Positions 40,280 to 52,962 of a stretch of 64,000 nt of DNA are shown here, one piece after another. Under the pieces are notes generated by a model. The model made no database searches. It had not been told where the DNA came from and saw only the letters and a list, made by a program, of their open reading frames with translations. Source of the DNA: Botryllus schlosseri (taxonomy: Eukaryota); contig CM119371.1 in the NCBI GenBank assembly GCA_051294905.1, positions 16,742,001 through 16,806,000 of the forward strand, given 5' to 3'. Numbering within the stretch: the first letter of the stretch is position 1; every line of letters begins with the position of its first letter. Made by a program: the position numbers and the translations under genes.

Positions 40280-43200
40280 CGGACTCAGAGTCATTGCAAT
40301 GTGGCTTATTGGTATTGTTATCGAGTGACATTCGATCTACATCAAAACTACCGGCTATGATAATGTCTGTGGATCGATGTCTGTATACCAACACATTGCA
40401 TGCAATGTCACACACCTCCATTTGCGCGTATACTGATGTGGGCAAACAAGCGCGACGTATGTCTGGATGGTATTTTTCGTGGAAACACAGGGTGTGACAT
40501 GTTTACTTTGAATATTGTTCATTGGTTTATCGATTCAGAGTTGATATCCGGATCCGGTTACATACTTTATCATTTCCGATTTCAAACTGAATGTCGAGAC
40601 ATACATTGACCAATAAAGACACAATATAGCAAACATGCCGGAGGAAAACTCGACCAGGAATTGTTATCGCGATGGGCGACATAAATCCATCCGTTTTCCG
40701 AACACCGTTATCCACATACCAACCGTCATCGAGGAGGTGTTTTATTCAGACATTTTGACTCTGGAAAATCTAAAGCACGAACCCGGACATCACAGAACTA
40801 TCGCAGCCTATTGTCCAATTTTCCAAAGCGTGCATTTCGGTGTACAAGAGTATATTGTATGTGGTTAACCGATGATATTGACGTGATACGACCGATGGGG
40901 TGTACTCTGAAACCGGTAGTCTGTGTATATTTCCGTCACTGTTCGTTGTAACAATATACAAAATTATCAAATTGTCAGGTGTGTTTGTCAGATTTCAAAA
41001 TGAAAATGGTTTTGTTACTCTAGGAAAAGCTAGATGACCAAGAGAAAATGTATTGTTACACTGGGTAAACGCCAGATCTCCAAAGGAAAATGATATTTTT
41101 AGTCAGGTAAACGACGACCCGCCAAGTGAAAATGGTTTGTTGCTCAAGGAAAAAATATATTTCCAAGCGAAAAAGGTTTGTTACCCAGGGAAAAAATATA
41201 TTTCCAAGTGAAAAAGGTTTGTTACCCAGGAAAAAATATATTTGCAAGTGAAAATGGTTTGTTGCTCAGGGAAAAAGGTTTGTTACCCAGGGAAAAAATG
41301 TATTTCCAAGTGAAAACGGTATTGGTACTCAGTTAAATGATAGTTTCCAGACGAAAAGGGATTGTTACCCAGGAGAAAATGATTAGTTACTCTAGGTAAA
41401 AGTATTTTTCCAAGCGAAAATGTATTGTTACACCGGGTAAACGCCAGATCCCCAAAGGAAAATGATATTTTTACTCAGGTAAACGACGGACCACCAAGTG
41501 AAAATGGCTTGTTGCTCAGGGAAAAAGGTTTGTTACCCGGGGAAAAAGGTTTGTTAACCAGAGAAAAAATAGATTTCCAAGTGAAAAAAGGTTTGTTAGC
41601 CAAGGAAAAAACATATTTACAAGTGAAAAAAGGTTTGTTAGCCAAGGAAAAAATAGATTTCCAAGTGAAAAAGGTTTCTTACTCTGGGTAAACATCAGAT
41701 CTCCAAAGGAAAATAATATGTTTAGTCAGGTAAACGATGGACTGGCAAGTGAAAGTGGTAATTTTACATAGGTAAACGTCGTGGGTTCAGTGTCGTTGGT
41801 CTTGTTAAACGTTATCGCTTGCCGTTGGTATACTATTACGAGTGTGAAAAGACTATGCACGTCTTGTGCGGAGTATCGCGACAGTGAACATATTTTTGGT
41901 GTGACGAAACAAGATCGTTGTTTACATGTTAATGCATTTCGATTACCGAGTAGCTGTACAACAGAGAGGAGTCTACAGTTAGTTCGTGCTGTATGTCCCG
42001 ATGAAAACCACAAGATCGCATGTAAATCTATTAGCACAACTCGATGATGTTGATATAGTGTTACTTGAAATAATTATTACCTATTTACACAACATAAAAA
42101 TAAAAATTCATGTCGTAGTAAGTTTCTTGAACTCGTACTTGATGAAAACGATTGGCGACAAGTATGCTTTTGTGTTTGAGTGAAAAATAATTATTTAGAG
42201 TAGTGACAGTTTGTGACCAACGAATGCAAATCGATCATGGTATTACAATATACGCTTTCGTCAACATAACGACTTGGTGTAGAAATACTTTCACGTTTTT
42301 TGAATAACCGGATGCTCGAGACTTGTTACTTGTACGATGTACCGTTAGTGTGCAAACTATAACGACCATTTTGTATGATAGTATGTTTTACTAGTGAGGA
42401 TAACCATATGATGATTCACCACTTTTCGTTAGCAAAGTAGATTGATTTGTGTGTAAGATGTAAGCACCGTAACTAGAAAACATATGCACTCTGTTGTTCG
42501 AGTAGCTGATTCATTGCTATGACATGGACATATCCTGAAGCCTTGGTTTGTTGTCTTACGAAAGATGACGCGACCTCGGTGTCGTAAATTGTGTTAACTA
42601 AACTCGTATTGGATACCACAATTGTGCTGGACTTACACATGGTATTCGTATACTATACACATACAAACTTTTGTGTAAACAACTCTGATGTTTCTGTTAA
42701 TACTAGTTCTGTGTTGAATTACTTGATTATTATGATACATGAACAACCATTCAGACAATAAAGTTCTTGAGGTATCGAAACAGTTTGAAAGCAACACCAA
42801 TCATTGTACAGGTTTGTAGCATGAGTGAATATTTTCGTGTAACATGAATATATTTCATATGGCTTTGGTAAGAAATGAGTTATGCAGGATAACCATACAC
42901 AACCTACAAAAGTAAAACTTGTTGCGTTTGATTGTATACTTTGTATCGATGTCTTTGTGATGTTGAAAGACGGTTGTGTTTACATTTGCATTAAGCGGAG
43001 TAACTCAAGTAATAAATTTTACTCGTTTGAAAATACCGAACAATGGATAACAGTATGAATATGAGCGGTAATTATTTTTCGTGATATACAACCAATCTTC
43101 CAAGCATAACTTGTCAAAAATTTATCATGTCATAGTCGGCTGTTACGAATTCGACACAAATGTACTTCGATTATTACGATGATGGAAATTACGTTCAAGG

Positions 43201-46200
43201 GAGTATTTCGAAGTAGTATATTCAGCAATTACCAAATAACAAAAAATATCAAACTGTGCATACAACTCGGTTAGGTAAACGATACAGTTACAAGTCGGAT
43301 GTAAGCTTGATTTACAGATTACAGTCTGCTGATGTAAAGCTCGACCACTCCAGTGTGTTTATCGCAAAGTATTTGACACAAACAAAATATTGAACGAAGG
43401 TCCACTACACTTGGTTTCATTACAAGGTGAGTGAAAATTGTTTTTCTGTTGGTCCGGTATGATTTGCATTTAGAAAAACGATCTACACCGATTAAGCGAC
43501 GCTGTTTCATATCTGATGAGTGAGTGAAATTTCCTTATGGTTTGATTTAGCGAGTTAATTATCGGTGATTCAATCAGATACAAGTAAGATCTTTAGTGAC
43601 AGAGTATTGTGATGACATTTACTTTAGCGAATGACAACGGAAAAATTTTCGATTACATTGTCGGTGTATGTGTTACACAAATAATTCTGGTACACCTAAC
43701 CATAGGGTACATTTGGCAAACATCATACAAAGTGTTTCTTTGTGTTGGTAACGACTTTCAGCGGTTTGGTTTCATGTCGGGAATTATTATTTGGGGGTTC
43801 AAAAACAATCAATACTACAAATGAACAACAATGCAAAACACGTTAAGTGAATTACAGTGTAGCAAGTACTTCCTTAATATTACGATTGTTGTGCACTAGA
43901 CATTTCTAGTTGAATTGAATGCGTCGAGCAGACATATTCAATTTACTTTTGTAATGATCAAAGTCTTAGAGTGCAACCTCGTGATATTTTACATTTAGCA
44001 CGTTCTATAGAAAGTGTGAACGGAGTTGAGTATTAATCGTGTACTTGGGATAGTGCTTTGATATCAAAGATATATTTTCACACTGTGTAATGTTTCGATT
44101 CTCTGTTGTGAATACCTCCAGTAACGACTTTGATGTTAAATCCTCACTCTTGGTCATTGTAAACGAATCCTAAACATCGCAACAGTCGGTATGGAAATCG
44201 AACGCATGCATACTTTTTAGATAGGGGACACTAACAAGTTTATTACATCCGTGAAATACTCTGAAACATCGATTCGCGATTGTGTTAGCTATATTCATCT
44301 TCTATATCTGTGGACACAAAGAATTCTTAACTTTGGTTACAGCTCGTTCGTAACGAATTGTTGCGTGCAATCTAGAAAAGCACAAGTCGAAGACGAATGA
44401 TTTGATTTCAATAAACTAAAAAATAAAATCCTTTTGTTTTGATTTTGGATTTAATACAATTTGTATGACTATACCGAATCCGAAAGTGCAATGTTACTTT
44501 AGTAGAAAAATTGGATGACTCGCATTTTGATATTGATAGATGTGTAGAGTAATATGACTAGTTTATAAAATCTCGGTAATGTTTTTTTGTCGTGTCTGTG
44601 ATCAACAAATATGTGATCAAGTCTTACCATTCGATATTAACTTTCGCAGTCGGTGTAATTTGTTGAAGTAACAATACCGACGAGTTCAATAATATTCTCC
44701 ATCGATGCATTCGAATAATCCGTCAGCTGCAAGCGGATTTAAAACTTGATGCTGTTTCGCGGTTAACTCAAGTCAGTGGTCGTGTTTGTGTTGATTTCAG
44801 GAATGATCATGACGAGTTGCCTGGGTAGATTAGTTAATGTGGTTGTAACTACGACCGTACAGAGTTGCTGACCCCCCAATATCTTTTACGCTGTAATATA
44901 CGGATTTAATTGTGATAAATTAATTCTCAGTTATTGTTCGGACATTCAAATCTCGTATACTCAAAATATAATATGTCCAAGTAAAATCGTATATGTACCG
45001 ATTAGTAAATACTTTGTCTTCAGAATAGTAACGACCTTTACAATCGAATAAAAAAGACCGATCATACGAATACAGCCAGGATGAATTAATTCAAGTTTGT
45101 GGGTTGTAGTGATATAATCAAGTAAGTGAAAACTAGATTTTTAACAATTGTTAATGTTGTGAAGAATTCTTTTGAGTATGGTAAGATGTTAAAATATCTC
45201 TTTGACAAACGGAAAGCGGGATCGCGAATAGAGTTGCAATGTTGCATTACTTGTTTCAAATCAATGTGCATATAATATCGAAATGGGACTGCGTGAAAGT
45301 TGGTAGTCATGTTTGTCAATCTATTTCAATTCAGACTATGTCAAAGTCCAAATATTTCATTTTGGATTATTTGGATTTACCTTTAGTACATCCGCGAATG
45401 GATTTAAAGTTGGCAAATTACCAAAATGATTGAATATTATCGGGTTAGAGATAGTTGGTATTGATTCTATAACTGTTAAAACAGCGGCGTGGAATGTGTG
45501 AATAATTCAATGTGACTGAAAGTCGGCGTCAGTAATATTCAGGTTACGGTCGAATCAGAAGATCACGTTAAAAAGATTTCTCAAATTAATTAGAATTGTA
45601 CCGGATCAACACATTCAAATACGAATCAACTTGAGCTGTGTAGTAAGTTTCATTTCATTCAATTGATACATTGCTTGAATATTCACATGGTTCTTATCAT
45701 ACAACTAAAGTCAAACACGGACAAAGTGTCAAAAACATATAGCGACCATACCAGAAAGTGTCAAATTGTTGGTTTACGAATCACCGTCTGCGACGACTCT
45801 GTGACAAACTAATTACGGAAATATTACCTTGTGAGCGGGCATGAGGGATCGCTTTGTCTGAAGCATTACCCTGTGAGTGTCGTAGGATTTTAAAATTATA
45901 TCACACCCTTTTGAATAAGCGTTCACTTCACAAAGGATTAGGGTTAGAGCGGAAATAAGTGACAATTTGTCGCTATTCAAGTTACCGACACTGGCGGTCT
46001 GTTATTCGTTACTTGTTAAATCTTACCAGCGATATCAAGTTCTGTGACAAACTATCAAAATATTACCTTGTGAGCGATTGGTATGGTTATGACATCAAGT
46101 CGTGAAAGATGGTTATGACCGAGACATTATCTTGTCAGCGATCGCGGGGTTTTGCAAACTATTTCACAGCTATTTGAAGTGTTAATTCGTGAGCGTTGTT

Positions 46201-49200
46201 ATTGTTGATATTCGAATCGCCGTCTACGCCGGCTCTGTGGTAAACTAAATACCAAAATATTACCTTGCAAGTGATTCCTAGACTTGGCAAACTATTTCAC
46301 ACCTTTTTTTGCTGAAAGTACGACATGCCGCCCGCAGTCTATACCGAAAGTACGAATCACGACCGCATCCATAAGAAATAAGACCCGCCGCCATAAGAAA
46401 TATGTGCCGCTCGCCACCCCGGGTTTCGTGTTAGCATCAATAGCCGCTCACCACCCCCGCCATAAGACGCAATAGCCGCATGCGACCGCACCCATAAGAA
46501 CACATGGCGAGTCACCACAGATCCCCGTAAGAATACACGACAGGCGAATCACCGTCACCACCTATAGTAAAAAAGGCGAGTCACGACCACCGCGGTTGGC
46601 TGTGAAACAATTCAGCGCGCAGGTCATTCGAAATATAGGTCGCACTGCTTAATCCTCTTGCAAGCCACGTTTCCGTTTGTGCGGTTATTGTTGGTGACTC
46701 GTACATATTCAACACCGCGCGAGAGATGCCTGAAAGTGCGAATCACGACCGCATCCATAAGAACACATGGCGAATCACCACAGATCCCGTAAGAATACAT
46801 GGCACATCACCGCCACCGCCTATAGCAAAAAAGGCGAGTCACCAACACGAGTTTTCAGGCACATCACCGCCGCAGCCTATACCCGAAAGGGTGCCATCAT
46901 CACCGCATCCATAAGAGCACATGGCACCTCACCGCCGAGAGGGGGTGTAAAAGGGTGCCATCACCACCACGAGTTTTCACGGCACCTCACCGCCGCAGCC
47001 TATACCCGAAAGGGTGCCATCATCACCGCATCCATAAGAACACATGGCACCTCACCGCCGAGAGGGGGGGTCAAAAGGGTGCCATCACCACCACGAGTTT
47101 TCGCGGCACCTCACCGCCGCACCCATAAGCCACAATGGCCGTTCGCGAGCGATCGACTATACTACTAATGTGTCAATTTGACAACTTGAAATGAAACTTA
47201 CTACACAAACCAAGTTGATTCGTATCTGAATGGGTTAATTCGGTACAATTCTAATTATTTTGAGAAATCTTTTGATTCGACCATAACCTGAATATTACTG
47301 ACGCCGACTTTCAGCCGCATCGAATTATTCGCACATTCTGCACCACTGTTTTCACACTTATAGAATCAATACCAACTATAACTCTACAAGAATCAAGAAT
47401 CACAAGTATGTTCATTACACAGTTATTGTCTTTATTAACTTGAAATCAAACTCTTAACAAAAACACACATCTTATCACTCGTCAACTCTATCATGAAAAT
47501 CCTCGAGTCCTTATCATCAAAAATGTTATAGCGCGGCGTCGGAACCCATTCGTGGGATGTACTAAAAATAAATCCAGATAATCCAAAATGAAATATTTGG
47601 ACTTTGACATAGTGTGAATTGAAATAGGATTGACAAACATGACTACCAACTTTGATCCAGCCACATTTCAAGATTATACTTTGAAACAAGTAATGTTACA
47701 TTACAACTCTATTCACGATCCTGCTTTCCGTTTATCAAATAGAGTTTCAGTAAATACTATCGCGATATTTTAATGTGTTACTACACACAATAGAATCAAT
47801 CAATGAAATAGCACCTGTTGTAAATATTTCTAACTTGACAACCACTTGTGCGTACCGCGATCGACTTGCGACGCGATGAGTTAAATCGGAATTTTTCAAT
47901 CTATTTGTCGAAACCTTGAACAAACTATCAGGTTATTTTTTGTTGTAATCGAGTGAACGGAAATAGTATTACGTCTCAACATTTTAGCATCTTCCCATGA
48001 ACAAAAGAGTAAAATACAAAAAACCTTGTCAATTCAATCCGTTTGTAACTTACCCAACCAACTCAACAGTATCCTTACGAAAAGTAGACAAGACTACGCG
48101 AGTAATCACTACAATCCAAAATCCATAGCAAGTTCGGTTGTATTCATATCCCTACGACGCGTCTTTTGTTTTTCAACTGTAAAAGTCGTTACTATTTTGC
48201 AAGACAAAGTAATTACTACTTGATATATTTTATAAACCAAAGTAAATACTACTCGGTGTGTGGTTTGAGATTAACATATTACATTTGAGTATACCGGATT
48301 TGAATGCCTGACCAACGTAGTTGAGAATTCATTTCTTACAATCAAACGCCGGTTTTACATTGAAAGGTATCATACTGTAAACATAAGGATTGACACATTG
48401 ATTTGATATATGAGATTTTGTAATGCTCGACCACGACTTGATTATTAAAGTATTCACGATAATTAGACCCGATGTTGTGGTAAAGGTTATTAGAAAATAT
48501 CACTTTTGGCATCGAGTACCAGTCGAAGTGGGTGAACAATAACACCGAAAATGATAAATGCGTTTCGTGCTACTATTGATACAAGCTCATTTCTATCAGG
48601 TGAAATAAACGCCATCACAAAACTCAAAGCATGCAAAGGTCTTGATTGATATGAATTTCGATTTGTGTCTTATGATTTTAGAAATATTATGATTCGTTAA
48701 ACCAAAGTCGTATGTCCGATTATTAATTGATTGGAAACTTGATCACGTACCTCGATCATTACAGAAGATTATAACCCCATTGTCCGACAATCTTTTACAA
48801 AAGGATCGAAACCAAGTAACCCAAAGTCGTTGCCGTCGCATAAACAATTTGTACGACGTTTGATAATTGTACCCTATACGTTGGTGTACTAGAGATATTT
48901 GTAAAACACACTCTGGTAAAGAAATCGAAAAGATATCCTACACCTAAATCTGATAAAACCATTTTGCACTTTTTGTTCGTCAGTAGTATCCATTTTAATT
49001 TTCCCATTTCCTCTCGTCAAAGTAGATGTAATCATAGTCACTAAAGAACTTACTTGGATGTGTTTGAATTCTAGACATAGTTATGATTTACTCAACGCAA
49101 GACCCAAGAACAACCGTAGTTAACAACCGTGCACACATATCCAAAATATCGCACACTCCGCTATTCCTAAAGTACAAACACCCGATACAAAATATCACTT

Positions 49201-50449
49201 GTTGCGGCATCATCTTCACAATATCACCATTTTGTTTGTGTCAATTAGTTACTTTGTATGTTATCCCACAACTCTTACAAAAGTACGAAGGATATTAACA
49301 TCGCACTAAGTAATTAACTTTACTCGATATTCTCACATTACGAAACTAAAGAATGGTTGGTTAGACTCTACAAACTGTTTCGATATCACAAGACCTTTAT
49401 TGTCTGAATGGGTGTTCATGTATCTTAATAATCAAATAGTTCAACACAGAACTAGTACTAACAGAAACATCAGAGTTGTTTACACAAAAGTTTGTATGTG
49501 TACAGTATGCGAATACCATGTGTAAGTCCAGCACAATTGCAGTATCCATTCGAGTTTAGTCAACACAAATTTATTACAACGGAGCCACGTAAACTTTCGT
49601 GAAAGAAAAGCATACTCACTTCCAGAGGGTTATGTCAACACCATAGCAGTTCCCCAACAACAAAGTACATATGTTTCTAGCCACGGTTCTTACATCTTTC
49701 ACATAGATCAATCTACTTTGCTAACGAAAAGTGCTGAGTCATCACATGATCGCTCTCACAACAAAACAGCTAGTAGATATTATCATTCAAAATATTCCTA
49801 ACCCTTTACACACCAGTGACAAATCATACAACGAATATGCTTTGTGGGTCGAATTGTTGTTCAGTGTCAAGTCTACCTGTTGAAACGTACATTAAACAGC
49901 GCAATCCAATTAAAACCACGAATCTATTTTCATTTCGTCACATACAGAAAAATAAATTTTCTTTCTCCAACACATACTTGTAACCAATCGCTTTCATTAA
50001 ACACACAACACCATAAAAGTATTTACTTTCTACAACATAGACATTCCGATGTAGTCAAGAAATATTTTTATTAATCAAAATCATCGATTTCTGTTCACGG
50101 CGTTAGTGTGTGCATGTCATACCCGTGGGCCCCGTATTAAAATGGACACGACACGACTGACTGTAAGGAGATAGAAGTCTATCACATCGATTTACATGTG
50201 GTCTTCGCTACGGTTTCAAAAAACGAATCATCTCTTTTGCATTGATCTAGACCGAGCAAGTTAGTTAATGGCCATGATTGTGTTTGTCATATGCGAATGA
50301 TAGGGTTACTGTCAAATCTACATACAACAATCTTCTGACGATCATAATAGCAATTTCATTTTCCGCCCCTTCATAATTGTACAACTCGGTAACTACGTTT
50401 AACAAGACCAATCACACTACCGGCGTTGAACACAAGATACCTATCCAAG

Positions 50450-51315
50450 TAAAAATATCATTCTGGTTTGGACAACTGACGTTTACCTGTGTAAAATTAT
50501 CATTTTCACTTGGAGGTCCACCGTTACCTAACTAAAATACCATTGTCCTTTGGAGATTTATCGTTTACCCAGTGTAACAATCCCCTTTTCACTTGGAAAT
50601 CTATTTTTGGCCTGAATAACAAACCCCTTTTCACTTGGAAATCTATTTTTGCCCTGGATAACAAACCTTTTTCATTTGGAAATATATTTTTTCTCTTGGT
50701 AACAAACCTTTTCCACTTGGAAATATATTTTTTCTCTTGGTAATAAGCCTTTTTCACTTGGAAATATATTTTTTCTCTGAGTAACAAACCTTTTTCACTT
50801 GGAAATATATTTTTTCTCTGAGTAACAAACCTTTTTCACTTGGAAATATATTTTTTCTCTTGGTAATAAACCTTTTTCACTTGGGAATATATAATTTCTC
50901 TGGTTAACAAACCTTTTTCACTTGGAAATATATTTTTTCTCTGGGTAACAAACCTTTTTCACTTGGAAATATATTTTTTCTCTGGGTAACAAACCTTTTT
51001 CACTTGGAAATATATTTTTTCCGCGGGTAACAAACCTTTTTCCCTGAGCAACAAACCTTTTTCACTTGCAAATATATTTTATCCTGGGTAACAAACCTTT
51101 TTCACTTGGAAATATATTTTTTTCGCTGGGTAACAAATCTTTTTCGCTTGGAAATATATTTTTCCCTGGGTTACAAACCTTTTTCACTTGGTGATCCGTC
51201 GTTTACCTGAGTAAAAATATCATTTTCCTTTGGGGATCTGGCGTTTACCCAGTGTAACAATACATTTTCTCTTGGTCATCTAGCTTTTCCTAGAGTAACA
51301 AAACCATTTTCATTT
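50450..51315. repeat. About 41-bp satellite in the E2 left arm (mirror at about 53702-54567)
   Basis: Same unit; this is the longest and most homogeneous array of the three elements. Confidence 0.9.
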
Positions 51316-52054
51316 TGAAATCTGACAACCACACCGACAATTTGATATTTTTGTATTTTCTTACAGCGAACAGCGACAAAATATACACCAACAACGACTC
51401 CGATACATTTGTCTAATCAAATATTCACTTGTGTTGGTGCATCCCATCAAAATCGTCGGTTACCCACATGCAATGCGCTCTTGTACACAGAAATGCATGT
51501 TCTGGAAAATTGGACAATAGACTTCGATAGTTCTGTGATGTCCGGGTTCGTGCTTTGGATTTTCCAGAGTCAAAATGTCTGAATAAAACACCTCCTTGAC
51601 GATGGTTGGTATGTGGATAACGGTGTTCGGAAAACGGTTGGATTTATGTCACCCATCGCGATAACAATTCCAGGTCGAGTTTTCCCCCGCATGTTTACTA
51701 TATTGTGTCTTTATTGGTCAATGCATGTCTCGACATTCAGTTTGAAATCGGAAACCCTGATAAAGTATGTAACCGGATCCGGATATCAACTCTGAATCGA
51801 TAAACCAATGAACAATATTCAAAGTAAACATGTTACACCCTGTGTTTCCACGAAAAAATACCATCCAGACATACGTCGCGCTTGTTTGCCCACATCAGTA
51901 TACGCGTAAATGGAGGTGTGTGACATTGCATGCAATGTGTTGGTATACAAACATCGATCCACAGACATTATCATAGCCGGTAATTTTGATGCAGATCGAA
52001 TGTCATCACACCCGATAACAATACCAATAAGCCACATTGCAATGACTCTGAGTC

Positions 52055-52962
52055 AATCTGAAGTATGACATATAGACACACAAACATGGAACCTTGACAT
52101 GGTTATTCGCACGACGGTGAAAGTAAACTGTACAACATATACCAATAGAGCGTTCACAGTCAAATATGCGAACCATGCACAATCATATACCCAGATTTTT
52201 GTTGGATATGTACAAATCCGATAAATCGATACATTTCTTTCCCTTCGACGTCAATAATACAAAGGTCATTCCAATTCGTCGCTCGAATGTGAGGTTCGTC
52301 TGGTGTAAAATCCATGTCAAATAACACCAAAGTGTGCTTTCCGTGTTTTATTATTTCCACCGTCGCTTCTTGTCTGTGTCGTAACACTATGGTGCAGGGA
52401 CTTGAAAAACGGTGGATTGTGAAACGGATTGACATGACCAACAGAATCGAGGTCAATAGACTTGTGACGATGTCGTTTCAAAATGCTCCGATATGACGAG
52501 CGCAACCTCGATCTCTTGTGGTGACGACCGTTTCGAAATGTTACCGGACGAGCTAGACCCTTACGAAAGTGTGTTTTATGATTGTGTGTGAAATCACGAG
52601 GTAGTGTTCTATTGTGGTGTACGATTGCAGTCTTCATTCCACAGAAACACACCTTATTGGATCACAGTATCAGTCCGAGATTTGCATAATCACTGTTCAC
52701 GATATTTGTCTGGAGTCGTTATGTGGGAGTAGCGACATCCATTGATCGTGACTGAAAGACTGGTCGCAATCATTTCGAGCACCGTACTTCGATAGTTCAC
52801 CATGGTCAAACGCTGCTGCAGAAAACTTCGGTGTGGACAACACATTGATCGATGTATCCAATTGATCTGGGTGGTCCGTCTACAGATAGGGTCATGACTA
52901 TCTTGCGATAACACCATCGAATAAATCAGTGAACGGTGTCGATATATCGATGTAATAGCGCG
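52055..52962 (-). other. E2 unique spacer, 908 bp
   Basis: Homologous to the E1 spacer, same orientation. Confidence 0.85.

Larger units (their letters stand above)
32511..47166. mobile_element. E1: giant-palindromic Polinton/Maverick-like element (14656 bp) inserted in the E2 left arm
   Basis: AGTAGTATAGTCGATCGCTCGCGAACGG...CCGTTCGCGAGCGATCGACTATACTACT. 6-bp TSD AATGTG (32505-32510 and 47167-47172). Arms 32511-39397 and 40280-47166 (6887 bp, mirror sum 79677), spacer 39398-40279. Confidence 0.93.

Noticed and set aside
50450..51315. CRISPR-like array
   Set aside because: Tandem degenerate units with no unique spacers, eukaryotic context and no cas genes.
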